Shown here: in pieces, positions 10,512-21,442 of the stretch
Layout of the letters: every line of letters starts with the position of its first letter
Position numbering within the stretch: the stretch's first letter is position 1
Source of the DNA: Flavobacteriaceae bacterium
Lineage (GTDB): Bacteria; Bacteroidota; Bacteroidia; Flavobacteriales; Flavobacteriaceae
Length of the DNA: 64,000 nt
Direction: 5' to 3'
Assembly: GCA_002690805.1 (NCBI GenBank)
Contig: NZFW01000017.1
Location: 958 to 64,957 of the forward strand
Notes under the pieces: generated by a model
Databases searched by the model: none
What the model saw: the letters and a program-made list of their open reading frames with translations, nothing else
Told to the model about the DNA's origin: nothing
Translations under genes and position numbers: made by a program

Positions 10512-10862
10512 TTAAGAGTCAATGATAAATTTTTTCAAGTTTTCAATTGGTCTACCTATCACACCTTTTTGATTTTTTGTTATAATTGGGCGTTCAATAA
10601 GCTTTGGATGTTTAACTAATATTTCTATTAGTTGATCATTAGTTAAATCTTCATTTTTAAATAACTCTTTCCATATTTTTTCCTGTCTTCTTATTAATTT
10701 ATCAGGGGAAGTTTTAAGTTGAGATAGTATTTCTATAATATCATTTTTTACAAGTTTATTTTTTAAATAATAAACAATTTCAAACTTAATATTTTGATCT
10801 TTTAATAGATCAAGTGCTTCTCTTGATTTTCTGCATCTGGGATTGTGATATATTTTGAACAT
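10512..10862 (-). CDS. ArsC/Spx/YffB family reductase-like protein
   Basis: 116 aa; the YHNPRCRKSREAL N-terminal motif and ERPII near the C-terminus are typical of the ArsC family. Confidence 0.75.
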   Translation of the reverse strand: MFKIYHNPRCRKSREALDLLKDQNIKFEIVYYLKNKLVKNDIIEILSQLKTSPDKLIRRQEKIWKELFKNEDLTNDQLIEILVKHPKLIERPIITKNQKGVIGRPIENLKKFIIDS

Positions 10863-10873
10863 GGATTTAAAAT

Positions 10874-10897
10874 AAAAAAAACTGCTATTAGCAGGTT
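10874..10897 (-). terminator. possible rho-independent terminator after rplT
   Basis: On the minus strand: CTGCT-AAT-AGCAG (5-bp stem) followed by T8. The stem is short, so this is weak. Confidence 0.4.
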
Positions 10898-10915
10898 TAA
10901 TTTATACTAAAAGCT

Positions 10916-11260
10916 TTATTTAATTTTTTTTACAATCGCATTAAAGGCATCAGGATTGTTCATAGCTAAGTCAGCTAAAACTTTTCTATTTAAATCAATT
11001 TTATTTGACTTAATTTTGTACATGAATTGACTGTAAGACATTCCATTTAATCTTGCTGCTGCGTTTATCCTTGAAATCCACAAACTTCTGAAATTTCTTT
11101 TGTTATTTTTCCTATCTCTGTAGGCGTAGGACATAGCCTTCTCAACTGCATTTTTTGCGATTGTCCAGACATTTTTTCTACGTCCAAAATATCCTTTTGC
11201 TTGTTTTAATATTTTTTTTCTTCTAGCTCTTGAAGCTACTGAGTTTACTGATCTAGGCAT
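10916..11260 (-). CDS. rplT: 50S ribosomal protein L20
   Basis: 114 aa starting [28 protein letters not shown], a canonical L20. Confidence 0.97.
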   Translation of the reverse strand: MPRSVNSVASRARRKKILKQAKGYFGRRKNVWTIAKNAVEKAMSYAYRDRKNNKRNFRSLWISRINAAARLNGMSYSQFMYKIKSNKIDLNRKVLADLAMNNPDAFNAIVKKIK

Positions 11261-11346
11261 GATTATTTGTTTTTTGAATTAGGCGACTATTAAAAGTTCT
11301 TAAAGCCTATATTCAGGGTTATTAATTTTTGACCATTAACTTACAA

Positions 11347-11544
11347 TTATTTTAAGCGTAATTGTACTTTAATATTATCTTCATCACTTTTATGAACTAA
11401 TCCAGAATGAGTTAATGCAAGTTTTCTTTTTTTGGACTTTTTTGTCAGGATGTGACTTTTAAATGCATGCTTTCGTTTAATTTTACCTGATCCGGTAACT
11501 TTAAACCTCTTTTTTGCACTTGATTTTGTTTTCATTTTTGGCAT
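11347..11544 (-). CDS. rpmI: 50S ribosomal protein L35
   Basis: 65 aa starting [25 protein letters not shown], a canonical L35. Confidence 0.95.
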   Translation of the reverse strand: MPKMKTKSSAKKRFKVTGSGKIKRKHAFKSHILTKKSKKRKLALTHSGLVHKSDEDNIKVQLRLK

Positions 11545-11563
11545 AACCTAAGTTTAAATTTGT

Positions 11564-12118
11564 TTATTTTTTCTTTGGTGTTATGAACATGATCATTCTT
11601 TTACCTTCCAATTCGGGCAATTGTTCAACTTTCCCCCATTCTTCTAGATCTTGAGCTAATCTAAGTAATAATATATGACCTTGTTCTTTAAATATTATTG
11701 ATCTTCCTTTAAAAAAAACAAAAGCTTTGAGCTTTGCACCATCTTTTAAAAATTTTTCAGCATGTTTCTTTTTAAACTCATAGTCATGGTCATCAGTATT
11801 GGGACCAAATCTTATTTCTTTAATTACTACTTTTGTAGCTTTCGATTTTAAGGATTTTTCTCTTTTTTTCTGTTCGTATAAAAACTTTTTGTATTCAAGA
11901 ATCTTACAAACAGGTGGGACGGCTTTTGGAGAAATTTCTACTAAATCTAGCCCTTGGTTTCTTGCAAGAATAAGTGCTTGAGGAAGCTTATAAACCCCAA
12001 CTTCAACATTGTTTCCAACCAACCTAATTTCATGAGCTGTAATTTTCTCATTGATTAAATGAGGATTTTCCTTGATAACTCTACCAGGACGATTTGTTCT
12101 TCTTCTTCGAATTGCTAT
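11564..12118 (-). CDS. infC: translation initiation factor IF-3 (non-AUG start inferred)
   Basis: The track ORF (from ATG 12022) lacks the conserved N-terminal region. The frame stays open upstream and reads (I)[36 protein letters not shown], which is the normal IF-3 N-terminus. ATA at 12118-12116 is the likely initiator. Confidence 0.85.
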   Translation of the reverse strand: MAIRRRRTNRPGRVIKENPHLINEKITAHEIRLVGNNVEVGVYKLPQALILARNQGLDLVEISPKAVPPVCKILEYKKFLYEQKKREKSLKSKATKVVIKEIRFGPNTDDHDYEFKKKHAEKFLKDGAKLKAFVFFKGRSIIFKEQGHILLLRLAQDLEEWGKVEQLPELEGKRMIMFITPKKK

Positions 12119-12134
12119 GGCTTCTATTTTTAAA

Positions 12135-14081
12135 TTACAGTTTTAGATAGGACATACTATTGTCAATATCTTTTTTAATTATTTCAATCAACTCTTTCGT
12201 TGATTTAGTTCCCAAATCACCCTCTTTATGTTTTCTTACAGAAACAGACTGATTCTCATATTCTTTTTCTCCTAAAATAAGCATAAAAGGAATTTTATTC
12301 ATTTCTGCTTGTCGTATTTTTTTTCCTATTGTCTCATTTCGAGTATCCAACGAGGCGCGAATTTCGTTATTTTCTAAGTAATTTAAAACTTTTTTAGCGT
12401 ATTTTTCATGTTTTTGACTAACACACAAAATTATTACTTGATCTGGGGCTAACCATATAGGAAAGTTTCCTGCAGTATGCTCAAGTAAAATAGCAACAAA
12501 TCTTTCTAGACTTCCAAATGGAGCTCTATGGATCATGATAGGTCTATGAAACTCATTATTAGAGCCTTTATAGTTTAATTCAAATCTTTCCGGAAGATTG
12601 TAATCGACTTGAATTGTACCCAATTGCCATTTTCTTCCTAATGCATCTTTAACCATAAAATCAAGCTTTGGTCCATAAAATGCGGCTTCCCCATATTCAA
12701 TTACATATTTTAGATTTTTTTCTTTTGTGGCATTAATTATTGCATTTTCAGCTAATTCCCAATTTTTATCACTTCCAATATATTTTTCAGGATTACTTTT
12801 ATCCCTCAATGAAACTTGTACAATAAAATCATTAAAACCTAATGAATTAAATACATACAAAACAAGATCAATAACATTTTTAAATTCATCATTTAATTGA
12901 TTGGGCATGCAAAAAATATGAGCATCGTCTTGAGTAAAACTTCTTACTCTTGTTAAACCATGAAGTTCACCACTTTGTTCATATCTGTAGACAGTTCCAA
13001 ACTCAGCATATCTAACTGGGAGATCCTTATAGCTCCATTGTTTTGCTTTATAAATTTCGCAATGATGTGGACAATTCATAGGTTTTAGAAGAAAGCTTTC
13101 ACCATCTGCGGGAGTTTCAATTGGTTGAAAACTATCTGAACCATATTTTTGGAAATGACCAGATGTCATATAAAGCTCTTTATTACCTATATGAGGAGAG
13201 ATTACCTGTTCATATCCTGCTTTCTTTTGGGCTTTTTTTAAAAAGTTTTCTAATCTTTCTCTTAAAGCAGCTCCTTTTGGGAGCCAAAGTGGAAGTCCGA
13301 TACCAACTTTTTGAGAAAATGTAAATAATTCTAATTCTTTTCCTAGTTTTCGATGGTCTCTTTTTTTTGCTTCTTCAATTAACTCAAGATATTTTTTTAG
13401 TTCATTATTTTTAGGAAATGAAATTCCATAGATACGAGTAAGTTGATTTCTAGTTTCATCTCCTCTCCAATAAGCTCCTGCAACAGAAGTTAGTTTTACG
13501 GCCTTAATTAGTCCAGTATTTGGTATGTGACCACCTCTGCACAAATCAGTAAAATTTGAATGATCACAAAAAGTTATACTACCATCTTCTAGACCATTAA
13601 TTAATTCTATTTTATACTCATTATTAATATCTCTGTAATAACTTAGAGCATCTGATTTTGTAGATGATCTCATTTTAAAAACAGATTTTTTTCTAGCAAG
13701 CTCCATAAATTTTGTTTCAAGACCCATTAAGTCTTTTTCTGAAAAACTAATATCTCCAAAATCCGCATCGTAATAAAATCCATTTTCAATTGAGGGGCCA
13801 ATTGTTAGTTTTGCGTGTGGATATATATCCATTATTGCTTCAGCTAGAACATGAGCTGAGGAATGCCAAAAAGCAGATTTGCCCTCATCATCATTCCATG
13901 TATAAAAAGTTATGTCACCATCACTTTCTAATAAAGTTGAGGTTTCAACCGTTCTATTATTAAATTTTGCCGTAAGAACATTCCTAGATAACCCTTCACT
14001 AATACTTTTTGCAACCTCAATAACCGAAATACCGTTTTCGTAGTTTTTGTTTGCACCATCGGGAAAAGTAATATTGATCAT
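12135..14081 (-). CDS. thrS: threonine--tRNA ligase
   Basis: 648 aa with TGS, second-additional, class II core and anticodon-binding domains. It heads the classic thrS-infC-rpmI-rplT order. Confidence 0.97.
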   Translation of the reverse strand: MINITFPDGANKNYENGISVIEVAKSISEGLSRNVLTAKFNNRTVETSTLLESDGDITFYTWNDDEGKSAFWHSSAHVLAEAIMDIYPHAKLTIGPSIENGFYYDADFGDISFSEKDLMGLETKFMELARKKSVFKMRSSTKSDALSYYRDINNEYKIELINGLEDGSITFCDHSNFTDLCRGGHIPNTGLIKAVKLTSVAGAYWRGDETRNQLTRIYGISFPKNNELKKYLELIEEAKKRDHRKLGKELELFTFSQKVGIGLPLWLPKGAALRERLENFLKKAQKKAGYEQVISPHIGNKELYMTSGHFQKYGSDSFQPIETPADGESFLLKPMNCPHHCEIYKAKQWSYKDLPVRYAEFGTVYRYEQSGELHGLTRVRSFTQDDAHIFCMPNQLNDEFKNVIDLVLYVFNSLGFNDFIVQVSLRDKSNPEKYIGSDKNWELAENAIINATKEKNLKYVIEYGEAAFYGPKLDFMVKDALGRKWQLGTIQVDYNLPERFELNYKGSNNEFHRPIMIHRAPFGSLERFVAILLEHTAGNFPIWLAPDQVIILCVSQKHEKYAKKVLNYLENNEIRASLDTRNETIGKKIRQAEMNKIPFMLILGEKEYENQSVSVRKHKEGDLGTKSTKELIEIIKKDIDNSMSYLKL

Positions 14082-14152
14082 ATTAAAATTGTAATCATTT
14101 GTAAAGATAAGCTGACTGTCAATTGTGGCAAAGGGTAGAGTTAATAATCTGT

Positions 14153-14377
14153 TTATTTTTTATCATCACTCAATAATGATTTTACTAAATTAGATATTCC
14201 CAAAAATCCTAAAATGATTGAAATAGCAGCTATTATAATACCTAAAGATAAGACATAAAGATAAAATTCGTGATTTTTATTTTGAAATGCTTGATGTATC
14301 AAATATGGTCCAACAAAGGCAAAACTGATTGCTAAAGCAATTTTTTTTATGCCATTTATAAAATTTTCTTTATTCAT
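14153..14377 (-). CDS. small membrane protein (about 74 aa), hypothetical
   Basis: Two hydrophobic helices. I prefer the ATG at 14377, which overlaps the murQ stop as ATGAATAA, over the track start at 14407. Confidence 0.35.
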   Translation of the reverse strand: MNKENFINGIKKIALAISFAFVGPYLIHQAFQNKNHEFYLYVLSLGIIIAAISIILGFLGISNLVKSLLSDDKK

Positions 14378-15185
14378 TATCGTAAAAAGCAATAGCATTT
14401 CTGACACTTCTATGTTTTTTTAATAAATTTAGTGCATCCGAGTAATCAATATTTAAATTTTCTTGAATTATTCTGCATGCTCGATCTTTAAGTTTTTCAT
14501 TAGTAATTTGAATGTCAATCATTTTATTTCCTTTCACATGACCTAATTTGATCATTGTTGTCGTGGAAATCATATTGAGTATGAGCTTTTGAGCTGTGCC
14601 AGCTTTCATTCTTGAGCTTCCAGTTATGTATTCTGGCCCAACAATTACTTCAATTGGATAATCTGAGTATTGAGTTATTGGACTTTTTGGGTTTGAACAA
14701 ATACAGGCAGTTGGAATATTATTTTCTTGACACATCTTTAAGCTACCAACTACAAAAGGGGTCGATCCAGAAGCTGCAATTCCAATTACAAAATCATTAG
14801 AGTTTACAGAATTTAATTGCAATTGTTCCCAACCTGCCGAAAAATCATCTTCCGCATCTTCAACAGAATTTCTTAAAGCATTGTCACCTCCAGCAATCAA
14901 ACCTATGACGGAACTAGGGTCCGTTCCAAATGTTGGAGGGCATTCTGAGGCGTCCAACACTCCAAGTCTACCACTAGTTCCAGCACCAATATAAAAAAGA
15001 CGTCCTTTTTTTTCAAGTTGAATAACAATTTTCTTAATAATTTTTTCTATTTCAGGAATGACCTTTTTTACTGATTGTAGGGCTTTAAAATCCTCTTGAT
15101 TAATATCTGTGATTATTTCATGTATACTTTTACTCTCTATATTATTGTATATAGAATCTTGTTCAGTAACTTTTCTATATTTCAT
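14370..15185 (-). CDS. murQ: N-acetylmuramic acid 6-phosphate etherase
   Basis: 271 aa SIS-domain protein with LFYIGAGTSGRLGVLDASECPPTFG, characteristic of MurQ. Confidence 0.85.
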   Translation of the reverse strand: MKYRKVTEQDSIYNNIESKSIHEIITDINQEDFKALQSVKKVIPEIEKIIKKIVIQLEKKGRLFYIGAGTSGRLGVLDASECPPTFGTDPSSVIGLIAGGDNALRNSVEDAEDDFSAGWEQLQLNSVNSNDFVIGIAASGSTPFVVGSLKMCQENNIPTACICSNPKSPITQYSDYPIEVIVGPEYITGSSRMKAGTAQKLILNMISTTTMIKLGHVKGNKMIDIQITNEKLKDRACRIIQENLNIDYSDALNLLKKHRSVRNAIAFYDNE

Positions 15186-15196
15186 AATTTATGATC

Positions 15197-16423
15197 TTAT
15201 GAAAGTTTTTTGTCAAGATTAAGTTTAATTTCATTAAGAAATTTTTGTGTAGACATATAATCATTTTCGGTTAAATTCTCATTGTGTATTAATATGGCTA
15301 AGTCTTTTGTCATTTTACCACTTTCAACTGTATTTATACAGACATTTTCTAATAATTCGCAAAAATTTATTAAATCAAGATTATTATCTAATTTACCCCT
15401 GAAAGCTAAACCTCTTGTCCATGCAAAAATTGAAGCAATGGGATTGGTTGATGTTGACTCTCCTTTTAGATGTTTTCTGTAGTGCCTTGTAACAGTTCCA
15501 TGAGCAGCTTCTGCTTCCATTGTTTTACCATCTGGAGTAACTAGTGTAGAAGTCATTAAGCCAAGAGAACCAAACCCTTGTGCAACAGTATCAGATTGAA
15601 CATCCCCATCATAATTTTTACAAGCCCAAACAAATCCTCCTTTCCACTTCATTGCAGCTGCAACCATATCATCAATTAATCTGTGTTCATATGAGATGCC
15701 GGTAGAATTGAAAACATCTTCAAATTCATTTTCAAAAACTTCTTGAAATATATCTTTAAACCTTCCGTCGTAAGCTTTGAGAATTGTATTTTTTGTTGAT
15801 AGAAATAGCGGCCATTTTTTATCAAGAGCTCTATTCATACATGACCTGGCAAAACCATAAATTGAGGAATCAATATTATACATTCCCATAGCTACACCAT
15901 CTTCCTTAAAATCATATATTTCCCATGATTTAGGTTGATCACCATTTTTTGGAGTAAACGTCATCGTAAGTTTTCCTTTACCATGTGTTACAATATCAGT
16001 TGCCTTGTATTGGTCTCCAAAAGCATGTCTGCCAATACATATAGGTTTTGTCCAACCTTGAACATATCTGGGAACATTTTTCATAATTATTGGCTCCCTA
16101 AAAACAGTACCTCCAACAATATTTCTTATTGTTCCATTTGGAGATCTCCACATTTTTTTTAAAGTATATTCTTTTACTCTTTCTTCATCAGGAGTTATAG
16201 TCGCACACTTAATCCCAACATTATATTTATTAATTGCTTTAGCTGATTCAATGGTTACTTGATCATCAGTAAAATCTCTGTTTTTGATACTTAAATCAAA
16301 GTATTTTAAATCAACATCAATGTAAGGTAAAATCAGTTTTTGTTTTATAAAATCCCATATAATTCTCGTCATCTCATCTCCATCAATTTCAACTACAGGA
16401 TTTTTAACTTTTATTTTGGACAT
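15197..16423 (-). CDS. icd: NADP-dependent isocitrate dehydrogenase (type II, eukaryote-like homodimeric form)
   Basis: 408 aa starting [17 protein letters not shown], with the length expected of subfamily II IDH. Confidence 0.93.
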   Translation of the reverse strand: MSKIKVKNPVVEIDGDEMTRIIWDFIKQKLILPYIDVDLKYFDLSIKNRDFTDDQVTIESAKAINKYNVGIKCATITPDEERVKEYTLKKMWRSPNGTIRNIVGGTVFREPIIMKNVPRYVQGWTKPICIGRHAFGDQYKATDIVTHGKGKLTMTFTPKNGDQPKSWEIYDFKEDGVAMGMYNIDSSIYGFARSCMNRALDKKWPLFLSTKNTILKAYDGRFKDIFQEVFENEFEDVFNSTGISYEHRLIDDMVAAAMKWKGGFVWACKNYDGDVQSDTVAQGFGSLGLMTSTLVTPDGKTMEAEAAHGTVTRHYRKHLKGESTSTNPIASIFAWTRGLAFRGKLDNNLDLINFCELLENVCINTVESGKMTKDLAILIHNENLTENDYMSTQKFLNEIKLNLDKKLS

Positions 16424-16480
16424 TTTAAAAGGTGTTTATGTTTTGGCAAATATACATAACATTGTATTTGATAAATTTAA

Positions 16481-16503
16481 AAAACCGCTTGAAAAGCGGT
16501 TTT
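16481..16503 (-). terminator. rho-independent terminator after rplS
   Basis: AAAACCGCTT / AAGCGGTTTT 10-bp inverted repeat with a 3-nt loop. On the minus strand it is followed by a T-rich run. Confidence 0.55.
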
Positions 16504-16509
16504 AATTTA

Positions 16510-16860
16510 TTATTTGATTACTTCTTTAATTCTTGCTTTTTTACCACGTAGATTTTTAAAATAATAAATTCGTGATCGTCTAACTTTACCTTGTTTGTTG
16601 ATTTCTATTTTTTCAATGGTAGGGAGGTTTATTGGAAAAATTCTTTCGACACCAATAGTACCAGACATTTTTCTGATAGTAAAAGTTTTTGACTCGCCTT
16701 TACCTTTTATTTGTATTACTACCCCTTTGAAAAATTGAGTTCTAACTTTTTCTCCTTCACGAATTTGGTAGTAAACAGTTATTGTATCTCCTGAAGAAAA
16801 TTTTGGAAAATCATTCTTTTTAATAAATTCCTTTTGGACATAGTCAATTAATGTTTCCAT
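16510..16860 (-). CDS. rplS: 50S ribosomal protein L19
   Basis: 116 aa with FSSGDTITVYYQIREGEKVRTQFFKGVVI, typical of L19. Confidence 0.97.
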   Translation of the reverse strand: METLIDYVQKEFIKKNDFPKFSSGDTITVYYQIREGEKVRTQFFKGVVIQIKGKGESKTFTIRKMSGTIGVERIFPINLPTIEKIEINKQGKVRRSRIYYFKNLRGKKARIKEVIK

Positions 16861-16925
16861 TATAAATTATTTCAAATTTTAAAAAAGTAACATTCACGTT
16901 TTTCGTCAGAGGTTAAATTTCAATG

Positions 16926-16933
16926 CAAAAATA
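16926..16933 (-). promoter_or_regulatory. Bacteroidota -7 box (TATTTTTG) upstream of rplS
   Basis: The minus strand reads TATTTTTG (TAnnTTTG consensus) about 65 nt upstream of the rplS ATG. No clear -33 TTTG was found. Confidence 0.3.
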
Positions 16934-16968
16934 CTTTATTTTTTTTTAAAAGAAAAATTCAATTAAAT

Positions 16969-17646
16969 TTAATCTTTGAAAAGATCTGGTCTAAGCTTTT
17001 TTGTTATTTCAATTGATTTATCTTCTCTCCAACTTTCAATTTTGGGTGTATTTCCTGATAAAAGTATTTCAGGCACCTTCAATCCTTCATAATCTGAAGG
17101 TCTGGTATATATTGGTGGAGCTAAAATATTATCTTGAAAGCTGTCATTTAATGCGGAGGATTCATCACCTAGAACACCTGGAATTAATCTAACTATTGAA
17201 TCACATAATACTGCTGCAGCTAATTCTCCTCCCGACAAGACAAAATCTCCAATTGATATTTCTTGTGTTATAAAATTATCTCTTATTCTTTGATCAACTC
17301 CTTTGTAATGACCACACAATAGAATTAGGTTTTTATAATTTGATAATTTATTAGCCATTTTTTGATTAAATGTTTTTCCATCTGGGGTAAGAAATATAAC
17401 CTCATTATAATTTCTTTTTGATTTTAGACTATTTATACATTTTGCAATTGGCTCAATCATTAGAACCATTCCTGGTCCACCGCCATATTGATAATCATCT
17501 ATTTGTTTAAATTTATTGGATGTAAAATCTCTAGGGTTGTGAAAAACAATTTTGACATGTTTAGATTCTTTGGCTCTTTTAACAATTGATGCATTGAAAG
17601 GACTTTCAAGTAGTTCAGGAAAAATAGTTATAATATCAATTCGCAT
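16969..17646 (-). CDS. trmD: tRNA (guanine37-N1)-methyltransferase
   Basis: 225 aa with MRIDIITIFPE, DDYQYGGGPGMV and SIGDFVLSGGE motifs. Confidence 0.95.
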   Translation of the reverse strand: MRIDIITIFPELLESPFNASIVKRAKESKHVKIVFHNPRDFTSNKFKQIDDYQYGGGPGMVLMIEPIAKCINSLKSKRNYNEVIFLTPDGKTFNQKMANKLSNYKNLILLCGHYKGVDQRIRDNFITQEISIGDFVLSGGELAAAVLCDSIVRLIPGVLGDESSALNDSFQDNILAPPIYTRPSDYEGLKVPEILLSGNTPKIESWREDKSIEITKKLRPDLFKD

Positions 17647-17711
17647 AATAAAAATTAGAACAATAATATAAAAAAGACTCGATTATTAAGCTTTTAAAAA
17701 CAATAAAAACC

Positions 17712-19070
17712 TTATTCAAAAATTATTCTTTCTTTTTCGCCTTTAGGACTCATAAATAAAATAGATTTTATTGATTCAATATTTATTCTTTCAATTTCAC
17801 CTATGTCATTAATTTCTTTGTCATTTATTTTTAAAAGTAAATAGTTTTGATCTATTCCTAAATTATATAATCTTGGGTTCTGAATTTTTGTAATTATAAC
17901 TCCTGAATTTGATTTATCAATAGACTTATTTTTTAATTCCATTCCTAAAAAATTTGTTCTAATAACTTTTTTTAGAATGACATTAGTTGTTAAAACTTTA
18001 CCATTTCTTATGTATTTGACTTTAACTTTATCTCCAGGGCGTTTCGTTGATAAATATCCTGACATATCAGAAAATTTATTAATTTTAATTTTATCAATTT
18101 CCGTAATAATATCATTTTTAGTAATCCCAGCTTCTTCTGCACCGAGACTGGGTTCAACTCCATTTACATAGAAGCCCTCAGTTTGGCTGATTTCAAGTTT
18201 TTCTGCTAAATTTTGATCCAATGCATTTCCTGTTACACCTAACAAGCCTTTTTGAACATTCCCATATTCTAAAAGATCTTCAAAAACTTTTCTAGCAAGA
18301 TTACTTGGAACAGCAAAAGAGTAACCGACAAAACCTCCAGTCATTGATGTAATTGCGGTATTAATTCCAATAAGTTCTCCTTTGGTGTTAATTAATGCTC
18401 CGCCACTATTTCCCTGATTTACGGCTGCATCTGTTTGAATAAATGATTGATTCTTCCTATCTAATTTATTTAAGTCTCTCGATTTTGCGCTAACAATTCC
18501 TGCAGTAACTGTTGAGTTTAAATTAAAAGGATTCCCAACAGCTAAAACCCATTCACCAATTTTAACAGACTCTGAATTTCCAAATGGAATATAATTTAAA
18601 GGTGTTTTGGGATCAATTTTTAGGACAGCTATGTCGGTGTATGGATCTGAACCAATTAAAATGGCTTTGTAGGCTTGATTATTATTAATTGTAACTTCTA
18701 TTTCAGCAGCACCATCAATAACATGATCATTAGTAATTATGTAACCATCAGGAGAAATAATAACTCCTGAGCCACTTCCAACTTTTTTTGGAGCTGATTC
18801 TCCATATAAATTATACAACCAGTTTCTAGAGTTTTCAATATAATTACTTGTATTTTTTATGTGTACTACTGCATTGATAGTTTTACTAGCGGCTAAAGTA
18901 AAGTCAGTTTCTTCAACATCGGTATTAAAGCTAACATAATTTGAAGGAAATATTTTTTCATAACTACTAATTTCAGGTTGAGTAATATCAGTTTTGAGTT
19001 TGTCATATATAAACAAAGAAAAAAGACTACTTAAAAAAGCAACAATTGTTAATTTTAAATATGATTTCAT
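17712..19070 (-). CDS. Do/HtrA-family periplasmic serine protease with PDZ domain(s)
   Basis: 452 aa with a signal peptide, the trypsin-like triad context (ITNDHVI, GNSGGALIN) and C-terminal PDZ-like region(s). Confidence 0.85.
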   Translation of the reverse strand: MKSYLKLTIVAFLSSLFSLFIYDKLKTDITQPEISSYEKIFPSNYVSFNTDVEETDFTLAASKTINAVVHIKNTSNYIENSRNWLYNLYGESAPKKVGSGSGVIISPDGYIITNDHVIDGAAEIEVTINNNQAYKAILIGSDPYTDIAVLKIDPKTPLNYIPFGNSESVKIGEWVLAVGNPFNLNSTVTAGIVSAKSRDLNKLDRKNQSFIQTDAAVNQGNSGGALINTKGELIGINTAITSMTGGFVGYSFAVPSNLARKVFEDLLEYGNVQKGLLGVTGNALDQNLAEKLEISQTEGFYVNGVEPSLGAEEAGITKNDIITEIDKIKINKFSDMSGYLSTKRPGDKVKVKYIRNGKVLTTNVILKKVIRTNFLGMELKNKSIDKSNSGVIITKIQNPRLYNLGIDQNYLLLKINDKEINDIGEIERINIESIKSILFMSPKGEKERIIFE

Positions 19071-19140
19071 TTTTGATTATTATTTTCATCAAAATTAATA
19101 AGATCATTTAATGTCAGTAAATCTTTAACTAGTTTTTAAC

Positions 19141-19148
19141 TATTTTTG
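19141..19148 (+). promoter_or_regulatory. Bacteroidota -7 box (TATTTTTG) 5 nt upstream of the dapF ATG
   Basis: Exact TAnnTTTG match; see the leaderless-transcript finding. Confidence 0.3.
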
Positions 19149-19153
19149 ATTAA

Positions 19154-19930
19154 ATGAAGATTAATTTTTTTAAATATCAAGGTACAGGAAATGATTTTGT
19201 AATTGTTGATAATAGATTAAATAATTTGAGTTTTTCATCCAATCAAATCAATGAAATTTGTGACAGAAAATATGGGGTAGGAGGTGATGGTTTTATTTTG
19301 CTGAATAATCATAATAAATTTGATTTTGAGATGAAATATTTTAATTCAAATGGAGAAATTAGCTCAATGTGTGGAAATGGAGCTAGATGTGTTGTTCACC
19401 TCGCTTATTCATTAAAAATAATTAAATCTAGTACAGAATTCTTAGCCGCTGATGGTCCTCACAAAGCAAAAATTAAAAATGAGTCATCAATAATTATAAG
19501 TATGAACGATATTCATCAAATATCAACAAATGAAAAATATTCATTAATTAATTCTGGATCCCCACACCATATTATAGAAAAAACTAATATTAAATCTATT
19601 AATGTGAATGAAGTTGGATCAAAAATAAGATATTCAAAAAAATATCACCCCAGTGGAGTTAATGTCAATTTTATAAAAAAAAATTCATCAAAAGAATTTG
19701 AAATTCGAACCTATGAAAGAGGTGTGGAAAAGGAAACTTTATCTTGTGGTACAGGAGCAGTTGCATCTGCGATTGCTATGCACTCACTAGGAAGAACATC
19801 AAATAATAAAATTAGAATCTTAACTGCTGGTGGCAGATTATACATTTCTTTTAAATTTGAAGGTCATTATTCTGAAATATTTTTAGAAGGACCGGTAAAG
19901 AAGGTATACATAGGACAAATCAATTTATGA
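19154..19930 (+). CDS. dapF: diaminopimelate epimerase
   Basis: 258 aa with the KYQGTGNDF N-terminus and both catalytic cysteine contexts (MCGNGARC, SCGTGAVA). Confidence 0.9.
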   Translation: MKINFFKYQGTGNDFVIVDNRLNNLSFSSNQINEICDRKYGVGGDGFILLNNHNKFDFEMKYFNSNGEISSMCGNGARCVVHLAYSLKIIKSSTEFLAADGPHKAKIKNESSIIISMNDIHQISTNEKYSLINSGSPHHIIEKTNIKSINVNEVGSKIRYSKKYHPSGVNVNFIKKNSSKEFEIRTYERGVEKETLSCGTGAVASAIAMHSLGRTSNNKIRILTAGGRLYISFKFEGHYSEIFLEGPVKKVYIGQINL

Positions 19931-20394
19931 TGAAGATTAAACTTAGAAATTTGAAAAGCTCTGACCTTGAAGTTTTACTAAAAACTGAGAATGATAAAAA
20001 CTTATGGATTCACTCAGTCCAAGATAAACCTTTCTCCAAATCAACAATAAAGAATTACATAAAAAATGCATCCATACAAAGTATTCTTGAAGCTAAACAA
20101 AAAAGATTTGTAATAACTTCAAATAAAGATCAGACGTTGGGTTTCATTGATTTATTCGAGTATCAATTTTATCTTAATAAAGCGTCTATTGGTATAGTTG
20201 TTTTGGATCAATATAGAAGGACCGGAATAGGCTATGAGTCAATTAAACTTTTAGAGTCGTATTGTTTAAATATTTTTGGTATAAAAAAGCTGTGTGCTTC
20301 AATAAATCCAAATAATAAAAAAAGTATTAAATTGTTTCAAAAGTGTGGTTTTGTCAAAACAAGCTTTAAGTTATATGAAAAAAATATTAAATGA
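19927..20394 (+). CDS. GNAT family N-acetyltransferase
   Basis: 155 aa with a RRTGIGYES acetyl-CoA motif. ATGA overlap with the dapF stop. Confidence 0.65.
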   Translation: MMKIKLRNLKSSDLEVLLKTENDKNLWIHSVQDKPFSKSTIKNYIKNASIQSILEAKQKRFVITSNKDQTLGFIDLFEYQFYLNKASIGIVVLDQYRRTGIGYESIKLLESYCLNIFGIKKLCASINPNNKKSIKLFQKCGFVKTSFKLYEKNIK

Positions 20395-21440
20395 ATAAAT
20401 TTTTTCAGAGACTGCTTTCAATTTTTATACCAATTGGTATTGTCCTAGTAATTTTCTTTTGTATTAATCTTTATAATGTTTTTTATGTAGTAAATACAAA
20501 TTTTGATTCTGAAAATATTAAGTTATACGTTAAACCTAACACAAATTTTGTTGAATTAAAAAAACAAATTACCCCATTTGTAAAATCTTCATATTATTTT
20601 AATATTGCTGCAGATCAAAAGGGGTATTCTTCTAGGGTTAAATCTGGACTATATATAATTCCAAAAAAAAGTAATAATAATGATATAATTAATATATTAA
20701 GAGGTAGAAGTCAGGCTGTTAAGGTAACCTTTAATAACCATGAAAGATTAGAAAATTTAGCTGGTAGAGTTTCTAAACAGATCTTTCTTGATAGTTTATC
20801 GTTAATTAATGCTTTTTATGATAAAACATTTATTCTTCAACATGGTTTTGACAGCCAAAATGCAATTTCTATGTATTTGCCTGATACTTATGAGTTTTTT
20901 TGGGATACTAGTGTTGTTGTTTTTAGACAAAAAATGTTAGAGTCTTATAATAGTTTTTGGAATAAAGATAGAATCCAAAAAGCAAAAAAAATCGGATTAT
21001 CTAAGAAAGATATTTCCATTCTTGCATCTATTGTTCAAAAAGAGTCTGTGATGAAAGATGAAAGACCAAGAATTGCTGGAGTTTATCTAAATAGATTAAA
21101 AAAACAAATGAGACTCCAAGCTGATCCCACAGTAATTTTTGCTTTAAAGGATCAAAATGATAATTTTGATAGAAAAATTAGAAGAGTCTTATACAAAGAT
21201 TTAAAAATCAAGTCTCCATATAATACATACAAATATAGAGGCTTACCCCCAGGCCCAATATGTATGCCTGATCTTGATGCGATTGATGCTGTTTTAAATG
21301 CAGAAAATCATAAGTTTTTATTTTTTGTAGCTGATCCTCAAAATAGAGGGTATCACCTTTTTGGAAGAAATTTAAAAGAACATAATTTTAATAAAAAAAA
21401 ATATATTCGTTGGATTAATAAAAAGAAAATATATCGTTGA
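20391..21440 (+). CDS. mltG: endolytic murein transglycosylase MltG (YceG family)
   Basis: 349 aa with an N-terminal TM anchor plus the YceG core (ASIVQKE, LQADPTV, YNTYKYRGLPPGPI). Confidence 0.85.
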   Translation: MNKFFQRLLSIFIPIGIVLVIFFCINLYNVFYVVNTNFDSENIKLYVKPNTNFVELKKQITPFVKSSYYFNIAADQKGYSSRVKSGLYIIPKKSNNNDIINILRGRSQAVKVTFNNHERLENLAGRVSKQIFLDSLSLINAFYDKTFILQHGFDSQNAISMYLPDTYEFFWDTSVVVFRQKMLESYNSFWNKDRIQKAKKIGLSKKDISILASIVQKESVMKDERPRIAGVYLNRLKKQMRLQADPTVIFALKDQNDNFDRKIRRVLYKDLKIKSPYNTYKYRGLPPGPICMPDLDAIDAVLNAENHKFLFFVADPQNRGYHLFGRNLKEHNFNKKKYIRWINKKKIYR

Positions 21441-21442
21441 GA

